DNA from: Pontibacillus halophilus JSM 076056 = DSM 19796
Lineage (GTDB): Bacteria > Bacillota > Bacilli > Bacillales > BH030062
Length of the DNA stretch: 32,000 bases
Direction of reading: 5' to 3'
NCBI RefSeq assembly: GCF_000425205.1
Contig: NZ_KE384328.1
Span: forward strand, 157,296 to 189,295
The notes under the pieces were generated by a model that was given only the letters and a program-made list of their open reading frames with translations, was not told the DNA's origin and made no database searches. Both the position numbers and the translations under genes were made by a program. Positions 7,941 through 15,229 of this stretch are shown here, in pieces. Numbering within the stretch: position 1 is the stretch's first letter; every line of letters starts with the position of its first letter.

Positions 7941-9569
7941 ATGGCGGTAAAGCGAAAGCGACTAGGTGACTTGTTGAAAGAGGCGGACTTGATTACCGAA
8001 TCAGAAATCGAGACGGCGTTGCAATCAAAGAAAGAAGGGCAGAAGCTTGGCGATGTTCTGCTCGAGAAAGGTTACATAACTGAACAACAATTAATTGAAG
8101 TACTCGAAGTCCAGTTGGACATCCCTCGCATCTCACTCTATCGTTACCCAATCGACCCAACTATTATTAATATTGTGGACAAAGAGTTTGCCCAGCGCAA
8201 TATGGTCATTCCTATAAATAAAGAGGGGGATGTTCTGACCGTTGCGATGAATGACCCGATGGATTATTTTGCTATAGATGATTTGAAGATTTCAACAGGG
8301 TTCCAAGTGACTCCTGTAATTGCAACGAAAGATGAAATCATCCAAGCCATTAACAAACATTACAATATTAAAGATGAAGACTTAGATGTCGAGGTTTCAG
8401 ATGATCCAGAAGATGCCCCAATTGTGCGGTTAATGAACCAGATTCTCCAAACAGGCATCCAGTTAAAAGCAAGCGATATCCATATGGACCCTCAAGAAGA
8501 TAAGGTGTTCGTACGTTACAGAATTGATGGTGTACTCCGTACAGAACGATCATTACCTAAGAACTTTCAACGTTCATTGACAGCACGGGTAAAGATTATG
8601 GCCAACTTAAATATTACTGAATCTCGCCTTCCTCAAGATGGGCGGATTAAGACAACTGTTGATATGAAGCCGGTAGATTTACGAATATCTACACTTCCGA
8701 CTGTTTATGGAGAGAAGATTGTAATTCGTATTCTCGACTTAGGTCAGGCTATGAATGGTTTAGACGACTTAGGGTTTAATAAAGTGAATCAGAAGAAATT
8801 GATGAATTTAATTGAGCAGCCTTCCGGATTAGTCTTAATTACAGGGCCAACGGGTTCAGGTAAGTCGTCCACCCTTTACGCCTCTTTGAATCATTTGAAT
8901 ACAGAGGATGTAAACATTATTACGATTGAGGATCCGGTGGAATATCAGCTGGAAGGAATTAATCAAGTGCAAGTGAACAACCAAGTGGGGTTAACGTTTG
9001 CCAGAGGCCTTCGATCTGTGCTCCGTCAAGACCCGAATATCGTCATGGTCGGGGAAATACGAGATTCTGAGACAGCAGAAATTGCAATACGAGCTTCGTT
9101 AACAGGGCACCTTGTTTTCAGCACCCTTCATACGAACAGTGCGATTTCAACGATTCCAAGGCTTTTCGACATGGATATCGAGCCTTATCTAGTTGTTTCC
9201 TCTGTAACGGGTATCATTGCACAACGACTTGTGCGAAAGATTTGTCGTGACTGCAAAACAGCCTATGAACCCACCGAAATGGAACGGAAACATTTTGTGA
9301 AGCGAGGCATTCAAGTTCAAACTGTCTACAGAGGTCAAGGGTGTAACAGTTGCCAACACACAGGATACAGAGGGCGGATGGCAATACAAGAGTTACTTGT
9401 TATTGATGATGAAATTCGTAAGCTATTAATGAACAACCACTCCATAAGTGATATCCATCACTATGCATTCAAGAATGGGATGATCTTTCTAATTGACGAC
9501 GGATTGTTGAAAGTAAAGCAAGGAAGGACGACAACTGAAGAAGTGCTGCGAGTAGCAAAATCTGACTAG
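7941..9569 (+). CDS. pilB: Type IV pilus assembly (extension) ATPase PilB, GspE family
   Basis: T2SSE N-terminal domain, Walker A GPTGSGKSS, His box GHLVFSTLHTN, and the tetracysteine CRDC...CNSC typical of PilB/GspE. The ATG at 7941 (MAVKRKRLGDLL) is preferred over the 7923 start in the ORF track. Confidence 0.95.
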   Translation: MAVKRKRLGDLLKEADLITESEIETALQSKKEGQKLGDVLLEKGYITEQQLIEVLEVQLDIPRISLYRYPIDPTIINIVDKEFAQRNMVIPINKEGDVLTVAMNDPMDYFAIDDLKISTGFQVTPVIATKDEIIQAINKHYNIKDEDLDVEVSDDPEDAPIVRLMNQILQTGIQLKASDIHMDPQEDKVFVRYRIDGVLRTERSLPKNFQRSLTARVKIMANLNITESRLPQDGRIKTTVDMKPVDLRISTLPTVYGEKIVIRILDLGQAMNGLDDLGFNKVNQKKLMNLIEQPSGLVLITGPTGSGKSSTLYASLNHLNTEDVNIITIEDPVEYQLEGINQVQVNNQVGLTFARGLRSVLRQDPNIVMVGEIRDSETAEIAIRASLTGHLVFSTLHTNSAISTIPRLFDMDIEPYLVVSSVTGIIAQRLVRKICRDCKTAYEPTEMERKHFVKRGIQVQTVYRGQGCNSCQHTGYRGRMAIQELLVIDDEIRKLLMNNHSISDIHHYAFKNGMIFLIDDGLLKVKQGRTTTEEVLRVAKSD

Positions 9570-9582
9570 GGAGCATGTGTAT

Positions 9583-10626
9583 ATGCAAGAGAGATTTGAC
9601 CATCTACTAAAATCCGCGTTTGAACTAAAGGCGTCGGATATCCACTTAACGGTCGGTGTGCCGCCAATCTTTCGAGTTCACGGGGACCTGAAGCAATATG
9701 GGAAGAACAAACTCCTGCCGGATGACACAGAAGGAATGTGTCGAGCGGTGTTATCTGATGTGTTGTATGAACAATTTAAATCGAAGGGTGAGGTGGATTT
9801 TTCTTACGGGATTCCAGGCGTTTCTCGCTTTCGAATCAACGCCTACCATCAACGTAATTGCGTATCGTTGGCTGTGAGGATTGTACCAACCTCAATTCCT
9901 TCTCTTGAGGACTTGCAGTTACCAGAAACATTAAAGCAAATTGCTGAGAAGCCCCAAGGTCTTGTGCTTGTCACCGGGCCAACAGGAAGTGGGAAATCGA
10001 CTTCACTTGCTTCCATGATTGATTACATGAATCGAACGATGCGGAGACACATTATTACCCTCGAAGACCCAATCGAGTATCTACACTCACACCGTTATTC
10101 AGTAATTGACCAACGTGAAATAGGGTTTGATACAGAGAACTTTGCAAATGGATTGCGAGCTTGTTTGCGGCAGGACCCAGATGTCATTCTAGTTGGCGAG
10201 ATGAGAGATTTAGAGACCATCTCTACAGCTATTACAGCAGCAGAAACGGGGCACCTTGTTTTAGGAACGTTACATACGACAGATGCCGCTTCAACTATTG
10301 ATCGAATCATTGATGTATTCCCGCCAAGCCAGCAACCGCAAGTGCGGATTCAACTTGCAAGTGTACTACAGGGCATCGTGTCGCAACGACTATTCCAACG
10401 TGCAGATAAAGCCGGACGTCGAGCGGCTACAGAGATTCTTCTCAATACATCAGCTGTAAAAAACCTCATACGTAATGAAAAGATTCATCAAATACCAAAT
10501 GTCATGCAAACATCGCGTTCTCAAGGGATGCATACGCTTGAGATGTCTGTGCGCGCACTATTAGAACAAAACATTATTACCAAGGAAATAGCCTCCCCTT
10601 ACTTAAGTGCAGAAAGAGGAATGTAA
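9583..10626 (+). CDS. pilT: Type IV pilus retraction (twitching motility) ATPase PilT
   Basis: About 348 aa. Walker A GPTGSGKST, Walker B ILVGEMRD, TGHLVLGTLHT, and a PilT-type AVKNLIRNEKIHQI motif. RBS GGGAG lies 9 nt before the ATG at 9583. Confidence 0.93.
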   Translation: MQERFDHLLKSAFELKASDIHLTVGVPPIFRVHGDLKQYGKNKLLPDDTEGMCRAVLSDVLYEQFKSKGEVDFSYGIPGVSRFRINAYHQRNCVSLAVRIVPTSIPSLEDLQLPETLKQIAEKPQGLVLVTGPTGSGKSTSLASMIDYMNRTMRRHIITLEDPIEYLHSHRYSVIDQREIGFDTENFANGLRACLRQDPDVILVGEMRDLETISTAITAAETGHLVLGTLHTTDAASTIDRIIDVFPPSQQPQVRIQLASVLQGIVSQRLFQRADKAGRRAATEILLNTSAVKNLIRNEKIHQIPNVMQTSRSQGMHTLEMSVRALLEQNIITKEIASPYLSAERGM

Positions 10627-11835
10627 ATGGCATACTTTAAGTACAAAGGTAGAACAGGTAGAGGACAAGTAAGACAAGGACGCGTAAAAGCAGGTACAAA
10701 GAAAGAAGCCATTGAAACGCTGAAAGGACAAGGAATCGCCCTCTCGCAAATTCAAGAGGTTAACAGCATTCTATATAAGGATATTACGATCGGAAGTCCT
10801 GTTAAGCCGAAGGAGTTTGTTATCTATTTAAGGCAATTCTCAACGTTGATTGAGGCAGGAGTTTCTTTGCTTCAATCAAATATGATCCTCTCGAAACAAA
10901 CGTCTAGTAAAGGGTTGCAACAAGCCTTAGCGGATATCACCCAACGCTTGGAAAGTGGGCAAGCGTTCTCAGACGCTGCTGAAAGTCACCGCAAAATCTT
11001 CCCTCCTCTCTTTATCAATATGGTTCGAGCGGGAGAAGCTGGGGGTAATCTAGATGAAATTCTAGACCGAATGGCTGTCTATTACGAGAAGCAATATGAA
11101 ACCCGTCAAAAGGTCATATCCGCTTTGACTTATCCACTTGTTGTAGGGGTAATTGCCATTGGTATTGTCATCTTCTTGCTAAGTTTCGTAGTACCTCGTT
11201 TTACTGATATGTTCGCTTCTATGGGGGGCGAGCTGCCACTTATCACTCAGTTCGTTATTGGTCTAGGAGAATTCTTCAAAGTGTACTGGTGGCTATTCTT
11301 ACTCGTTCCTCTTGTGTCAATTGTTGCATTTAAATATGTTCAGCAGAACAACGAACGCTTTGCTTATTCGGTTGATCTGCTGAAGTTGCGTATGCCGATC
11401 TTTGGTCCACTGATGCAAAAGGCTGCTCTCGTTCGTATGACCCGGTCGCTTAGTTCGTTGTTTCATAGTTCTGTCCCCATACTACAGTCCGTTGAAATCA
11501 CTGAAAAAATCGTAGAAAACCGAGTGATTGAAAAGGTCTTGAAGCAATCTAGAACTTCACTCGCGCGTGGAGAGTCAATGACAGGGCCATTTTCGCATCA
11601 TTGGATTTTCCCACCACTCGTTACACAAATGATTTCAGTAGGAGAAGAAACAGGTTCATTAGACCATATGCTAGGCAAAGTAGCAGATTTCTACGATTCT
11701 GAACTGAACCATACGACCGACCGATTAAAGACACTCATTGAGCCCATCATGATTGCTGTATTAGCAGTGATTGTTGGGACTATAGTCGCATCTATTGCGA
11801 TTCCGATGTTCTCTCTATTCGAACAAATTAATTAA
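10627..11835 (+). CDS. pilC: Type IV pilus platform protein PilC (GspF family)
   Basis: 402 aa with two T2SSF-type repeats and 3-4 TM segments. The ATG directly abuts the pilT stop (TAAATG). Confidence 0.93.
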   Translation: MAYFKYKGRTGRGQVRQGRVKAGTKKEAIETLKGQGIALSQIQEVNSILYKDITIGSPVKPKEFVIYLRQFSTLIEAGVSLLQSNMILSKQTSSKGLQQALADITQRLESGQAFSDAAESHRKIFPPLFINMVRAGEAGGNLDEILDRMAVYYEKQYETRQKVISALTYPLVVGVIAIGIVIFLLSFVVPRFTDMFASMGGELPLITQFVIGLGEFFKVYWWLFLLVPLVSIVAFKYVQQNNERFAYSVDLLKLRMPIFGPLMQKAALVRMTRSLSSLFHSSVPILQSVEITEKIVENRVIEKVLKQSRTSLARGESMTGPFSHHWIFPPLVTQMISVGEETGSLDHMLGKVADFYDSELNHTTDRLKTLIEPIMIAVLAVIVGTIVASIAIPMFSLFEQIN

Positions 11836-11869
11836 ATGTGAAGAATGTGCAAATTTAACCAATTAAGTG

Positions 11870-11898
11870 TAGATTTTTACCTATCATTTAACTATAAT
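11870..11898 (+). promoter_or_regulatory. Candidate sigma-A promoter for the pilA leader
   Basis: Perfect -10 TATAAT at 11893-11898. The -35 is weak (tagatt, 11870-11875) at 17-nt spacing. This would place the transcription start near 11905, just upstream of the putative aptamer. Confidence 0.35.
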
Positions 11899-11904
11899 AA
11901 ACAT

Positions 11905-12008
11905 AGATTAAGAGAACCGATAGAACATAACGAACGGAAGCGATAAAGGACTATCTGTATATGGGCACTTGGGTAGTCTGGAGCGAGTAGTGCAACCGAC
12001 CAGAATCT
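11905..12008 (+). promoter_or_regulatory. Candidate c-di-GMP-II riboswitch aptamer in the pilA 5' leader
   Basis: GGGCACUUG (11963-11971) and AGUAGUGCAACCGACC (11986-12001) match my recollection of the conserved core of the c-di-GMP-II class. GCACU (11965-11969) can pair with AGUGC (11988-11992). An upstream hairpin gata/tatc (11942-45 with 11952-55) has a GG-containing loop positioned for a pseudoknot with the CC of AACCGACC. P1 could not be drawn confidently. Confidence 0.65.
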
Positions 12009-12046
12009 GACCTGCTTATCTTCTAATTTTGGTCGGTTCTTTTATA
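11994..12046 (+). terminator. Intrinsic terminator / expression platform overlapping the aptamer 3' strand
   Basis: 13-bp stem: aaccgaccagaat (11994-12006) pairs with attttggtcggtt (12026-12038), with one G-U pair. The loop is 19 nt, followed by cuuuuau. The 5' arm is the conserved AACCGACC segment of the aptamer. Confidence 0.7.
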
Positions 12047-12076
12047 ACTAAACAATTCTCAAAAGGAGAGAGATGC

Positions 12077-12526
12077 ATGATTAAGCGTATGAAACAGTTG
12101 TTGAAAGACAACAAGGGTTTTACACTAGTGGAATTATTAGCAGTTATTGTCATCCTTGGAATTATCGCAGCGATTGCAATCCCGGCTATTGGAAGCATTA
12201 TTAATAATACGGAAGAAGAAGCTCATACTTCGAATGCGTTGAGTATTTTAGATGCTGGTAGAATGGCATTTGCTGCTGACCTTCCGGATGGTGGAGATGA
12301 TCAATACACAATAACTGAATTGGTTGAAGGAGGATTCTTAGAAGAAGCTCCAGTTAACCCTGAAACTGATGAAGTTTATGATCAGGGGGCTAGCTTTGTT
12401 ACAGTTACCCAAGATGATGATAACGGTAACGTGACTTATACAGTAACGTTGGCTGGAGTCGATGGTATGACAGACCAAAGCCGTGCAGACTTAACTGGCA
12501 GCGAAGATGATAACGATACCGAATAA
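12077..12526 (+). CDS. pilA: Type IV major pilin (PilA-like prepilin)
   Basis: RBS AAAGGAGAG lies 6 nt before the ATG at 12077. Class III signal ...KDNKG|FTLVELLAVIVILGIIAAIAIPA. Small (149 aa), no Cys, acidic C-terminal tail. The 12029 start in the ORF track would lie inside the terminator. Confidence 0.9.
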   Translation: MIKRMKQLLKDNKGFTLVELLAVIVILGIIAAIAIPAIGSIINNTEEEAHTSNALSILDAGRMAFAADLPDGGDDQYTITELVEGGFLEEAPVNPETDEVYDQGASFVTVTQDDDNGNVTYTVTLAGVDGMTDQSRADLTGSEDDNDTE

Positions 12527-12538
12527 TTAAACACAAGG

Positions 12539-12569
12539 CAAATCCCTCCTCAGCGAGGGATTTCTTTTT
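12539..12569 (+). terminator. Rho-independent terminator after pilA
   Basis: aaatccctc (12540-12548) pairs with gagggattt (12555-12563) around the loop ctcagc, followed by cttttt. Confidence 0.85.
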
Positions 12570-12635
12570 AACTAACAAGATTTTTAATTTAAGAGATAAT
12601 GACTTAAGTGTAAGGTGCGTAAGCATTACTCGTTA

Positions 12636-12756
12636 GGGGGAGGGAAAAGGTGAGACTCCCGTGGAATCACGTGCTCCTGAGACCCCACAGAGAGCGAAAG
12701 CGAACGAGGAGGCTCAGGAGTGCGTCCACTGGAAAGCGAACCTTTTCCACACCCCC
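12636..12756. repeat. ~120-nt nested imperfect palindrome (REP-like structured intergenic element)
   Basis: Paired segments, from the outside in:
- ggggg (12636-40) with ccccc (12752-56)
- ggaaaaggt (12643-51) with accttttcc (12740-48)
- cccgtgga (12658-65) with tccactgg (12725-32)
- cgtgctcctgag (12670-81) with ctcaggagtgcg (12713-24)
The apical region contains GC-GAAA-GC.
There is no start codon and no coding potential. Confidence 0.75.
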
Positions 12757-12838
12757 TTCACTTAACTTCCATGCGCACCTATCCATATCTAAAACACAGA
12801 ATGTAAGTTAATCAGAATCTTCCCCACTGGAGGACACT

Positions 12839-13597
12839 ATGCTTTCTACTATACTAACGGTCTACCTTTTCTTCATCGGCCTTGCGCTCGGGTCCTTTTA
12901 CAACGTCGTTGGCCTCCGTGTACCAAAAGGGGAGTCAGTCATAAAGGGCCGTTCACATTGTACGACTTGTAACCGTACGCTCAAAGCGTCTGAATTGGTT
13001 CCAGTTGTATCCTACCTTCTGCAACGTGGAGCGTGTAAGGGGTGTGGGAGTCGAATTCGTCCTCTCTATCCTGTTACTGAACTTTCCACTGGCTTGTTGT
13101 TTGCCGTAAGCTATCTTTCCTTTGGTTTATCAGGGGAGTTTTTTGTTGCCGTGATTTTTATTTCGCTTTTTGCGATTATTTTCGTTTCTGATATGGCCTA
13201 TATGATTATCCCGGATAAGGTGCTCCTTTTCTTCTTGCCACTCCTTCTTGCAGCTCGTGTCTATACACCCCTGACCCCTTGGTATGATTCACTGATCGGG
13301 GCTGTGGTTGGCTTTTTATTGTTGTTCGTCATTATCATGGCAAGTCGAGGAGGGATGGGAGCTGGTGATATGAAGTTATTTGGTGTCATTGGCCTTGTTC
13401 TCGGGTGGAAATTAACCCTTCTTGCGTTTTTTTTGTCTACATTATATGGGACAATAGGAAGTATAAGTTTATTAGCATTCAGAATAATAGATCGAAAGAA
13501 TCCAATTCCATTCGGTCCTTACATCATCCTTGGGTCACTTACGTCTTATTTCATCGGTGATGAGTTACTTGGATGGTACTTGGATTGGTTCCTATAA
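12839..13597 (+). CDS. pilD: Prepilin peptidase (A24 family; PilD/ComC-type)
   Basis: N-terminal 4-Cys region (HCTTCN...CKGCGS). Catalytic Asp motifs FVSDMAYMIIPD and GAGDMKLFG. Polytopic membrane protein. Confidence 0.93.
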   Translation: MLSTILTVYLFFIGLALGSFYNVVGLRVPKGESVIKGRSHCTTCNRTLKASELVPVVSYLLQRGACKGCGSRIRPLYPVTELSTGLLFAVSYLSFGLSGEFFVAVIFISLFAIIFVSDMAYMIIPDKVLLFFLPLLLAARVYTPLTPWYDSLIGAVVGFLLLFVIIMASRGGMGAGDMKLFGVIGLVLGWKLTLLAFFLSTLYGTIGSISLLAFRIIDRKNPIPFGPYIILGSLTSYFIGDELLGWYLDWFL

Positions 13598-13611
13598 GGG
13601 GGAACGGAAAT

Positions 13612-14595
13612 ATGAGTTTGTTAACGTGGAAATCTTCGAAGCAGCGAGTAGTCATGGTGATTAAAGATCATGTATTGCGTTTTCTACATGCAGATGGACC
13701 AGAGCTTGAACAGATAAAGTTTATTGGTGAGCGCCGCTTGCCGCGAGGGATTGTACAGGATGGGAAGATTCTAGATGCTCTTTCTTTATCTTCTATCGTA
13801 GAGGAACTGGTAGAGCTTTATGATTGGAAGCGGAAGAAATTGTATTTCTGTGTGCCAGATACCGCTGTTGTAATCCGACCATACACAGTTCCTGCAGATT
13901 TAAAAGAAGATGAGATTAAAGGGTATTTGTATATGCGGCTTGAGGATAATTTGCATCTCCCATTTGAGAATCCGACATTTGATTATCACATTGTGGAAGA
14001 AGGAGACACGGAGAGGCAGCTGTTGCTGTTTGCTTATCCTGATGATCAAGTCAAAGCGTATGAATACATATACAAAGATGCGAAGTTAAAGCCGTTAAAG
14101 GCAGACTTATCTTCTTTGTCACTTTATCGACTTTATTACGAATTAGACCGGGCGCAAGGCGATGACCATTTGTTGTCGATTCAGTGGTACGTTGATGCGT
14201 GTGTCCTAACGGTCTATCATAACCATCGACCTAGATTTATCCGACATATGAAGTCTTCATTAGATATGGAGCAATGGAATTTCCATCAAGAGTCCTCTAT
14301 CTACCATTCGGTCTGGAGTGGGGACCCTGAGGTGTATGAAGCGTTTATTGATGACCAACTCACAGAAATTGAGCGTATTATGGATTTCTATCGTTACTCT
14401 GTGACACAAGGAGAAGCCGGCATTACAAAGATTCTATTAACGGGCGACCTGCCGAACATGGACGTGCTACGGTCTCAAATGCAAGAGCGATTCCAGCAGC
14501 CAGTAGAGGGAATTAAGCAAGAGTTTATGACTAAAGAAGAAGAAGTCATTCCGACTGCATTCACAGATGTAATTGGCTTGGCTCTGAAGTCTTAA
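13612..14595 (+). CDS. pilM: Type IV pilus assembly protein PilM (actin-like fold)
   Basis: RBS AAGGGGGA lies before the ATG at 13612. About 327 aa and cytoplasmic. It sits directly upstream of the PilN- and PilO-like bitopic proteins. Sequence similarity is weak, so the call relies mostly on size and order. Confidence 0.75.
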   Translation: MSLLTWKSSKQRVVMVIKDHVLRFLHADGPELEQIKFIGERRLPRGIVQDGKILDALSLSSIVEELVELYDWKRKKLYFCVPDTAVVIRPYTVPADLKEDEIKGYLYMRLEDNLHLPFENPTFDYHIVEEGDTERQLLLFAYPDDQVKAYEYIYKDAKLKPLKADLSSLSLYRLYYELDRAQGDDHLLSIQWYVDACVLTVYHNHRPRFIRHMKSSLDMEQWNFHQESSIYHSVWSGDPEVYEAFIDDQLTEIERIMDFYRYSVTQGEAGITKILLTGDLPNMDVLRSQMQERFQQPVEGIKQEFMTKEEEVIPTAFTDVIGLALKS

Positions 14596-14611
14596 GGGGA
14601 GGACGCTAGCC

Positions 14612-15229
14612 ATGATGGTGGATATTAACTTTCTTGAAGAAAAAGAAAAGCCAAATATAGCGCCCTATCTTCTTATAGCAGTTGGCGTATTGGTACTCGG
14701 ACTTGCCTTACTTTTCATTACTTTCGAGAAGAATAGTTTGATAGCCGAAGATAACCAAATCCAAGAGGATATTGTTCAAATAAAAGACCAACAGACTCTT
14801 CTAACAAGGGATACCTTAACAGATGTACAGAAGTCACGAAATGAACTGAAGGACACGGTGTCAGAACTAAACCAAGTACTCATCCCTTCTGTACCTGTCT
14901 TGAAAGATATGATTTCTCTCTTGCCAGAACGAGGGTTCTTTCTAGAATACCAATTCCAGAAGCCAAATGTACTCACGATGCAAGTTCGCTTTGATGGTAT
15001 GCAGGATGTGGCAAGCTATACAAATGCACTCACGACGAAATCATATACTGAGGATGTCCAGGTGACGACAATTGATACAACGGCTGTTGAGGAAGGGGAC
15101 TATTTCGAAACTCTGCCTCGATATGTTGCGGAATTTGAGATGTTACTTAATCCAGTTGCGTCTAGAGCGTTGCTCCAAGTAGAAGAGGAGACAGACGTGG
15201 AAGAGGAGGCTGATGAAGGTGAGAATTGA
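14612..15229 (+). CDS. pilN: PilN-like pilus assembly protein
   Basis: Starts MMVDINFLEEKEK (the INLL-like PilN N-terminal motif), followed by a single TM (YLLIAVGVLVLGLALLFI) and a coiled-coil segment. Acidic C-terminus. Confidence 0.75.
   Translation: MMVDINFLEEKEKPNIAPYLLIAVGVLVLGLALLFITFEKNSLIAEDNQIQEDIVQIKDQQTLLTRDTLTDVQKSRNELKDTVSELNQVLIPSVPVLKDMISLLPERGFFLEYQFQKPNVLTMQVRFDGMQDVASYTNALTTKSYTEDVQVTTIDTTAVEEGDYFETLPRYVAEFEMLLNPVASRALLQVEEETDVEEEADEGEN

Noticed and set aside
11913-12040. A long-range alternative pairing of agaaccga (11913-11920) with tcggttct (12033-12040) in the pilA leader.
   Set aside because: It is only 8 bp and competes with a much better local 13-bp terminator stem. 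It may be coincidental similarity between GAACCGA and CAACCGA. It is noted only as a possible additional anti-terminator or anti-anti-terminator element.
12029-12076. The extended pilA start at 12029 (MVGSFITKQFSKGERC...).
   Set aside because: It begins inside the 3' arm and U-tract of the leader terminator and lacks an RBS. The ATG at 12077 follows AAAGGAGAG and gives a normal prepilin leader.
12650-12760. A possible small protein-coding gene across the palindromic element (frame giving ETPVESRAPETPQRAKANEEAQECVHWKANLFH).
   Set aside because: It has no start codon or RBS. The sequence is explained by nested inverted repeats, so any ORF call here would be an artefact.
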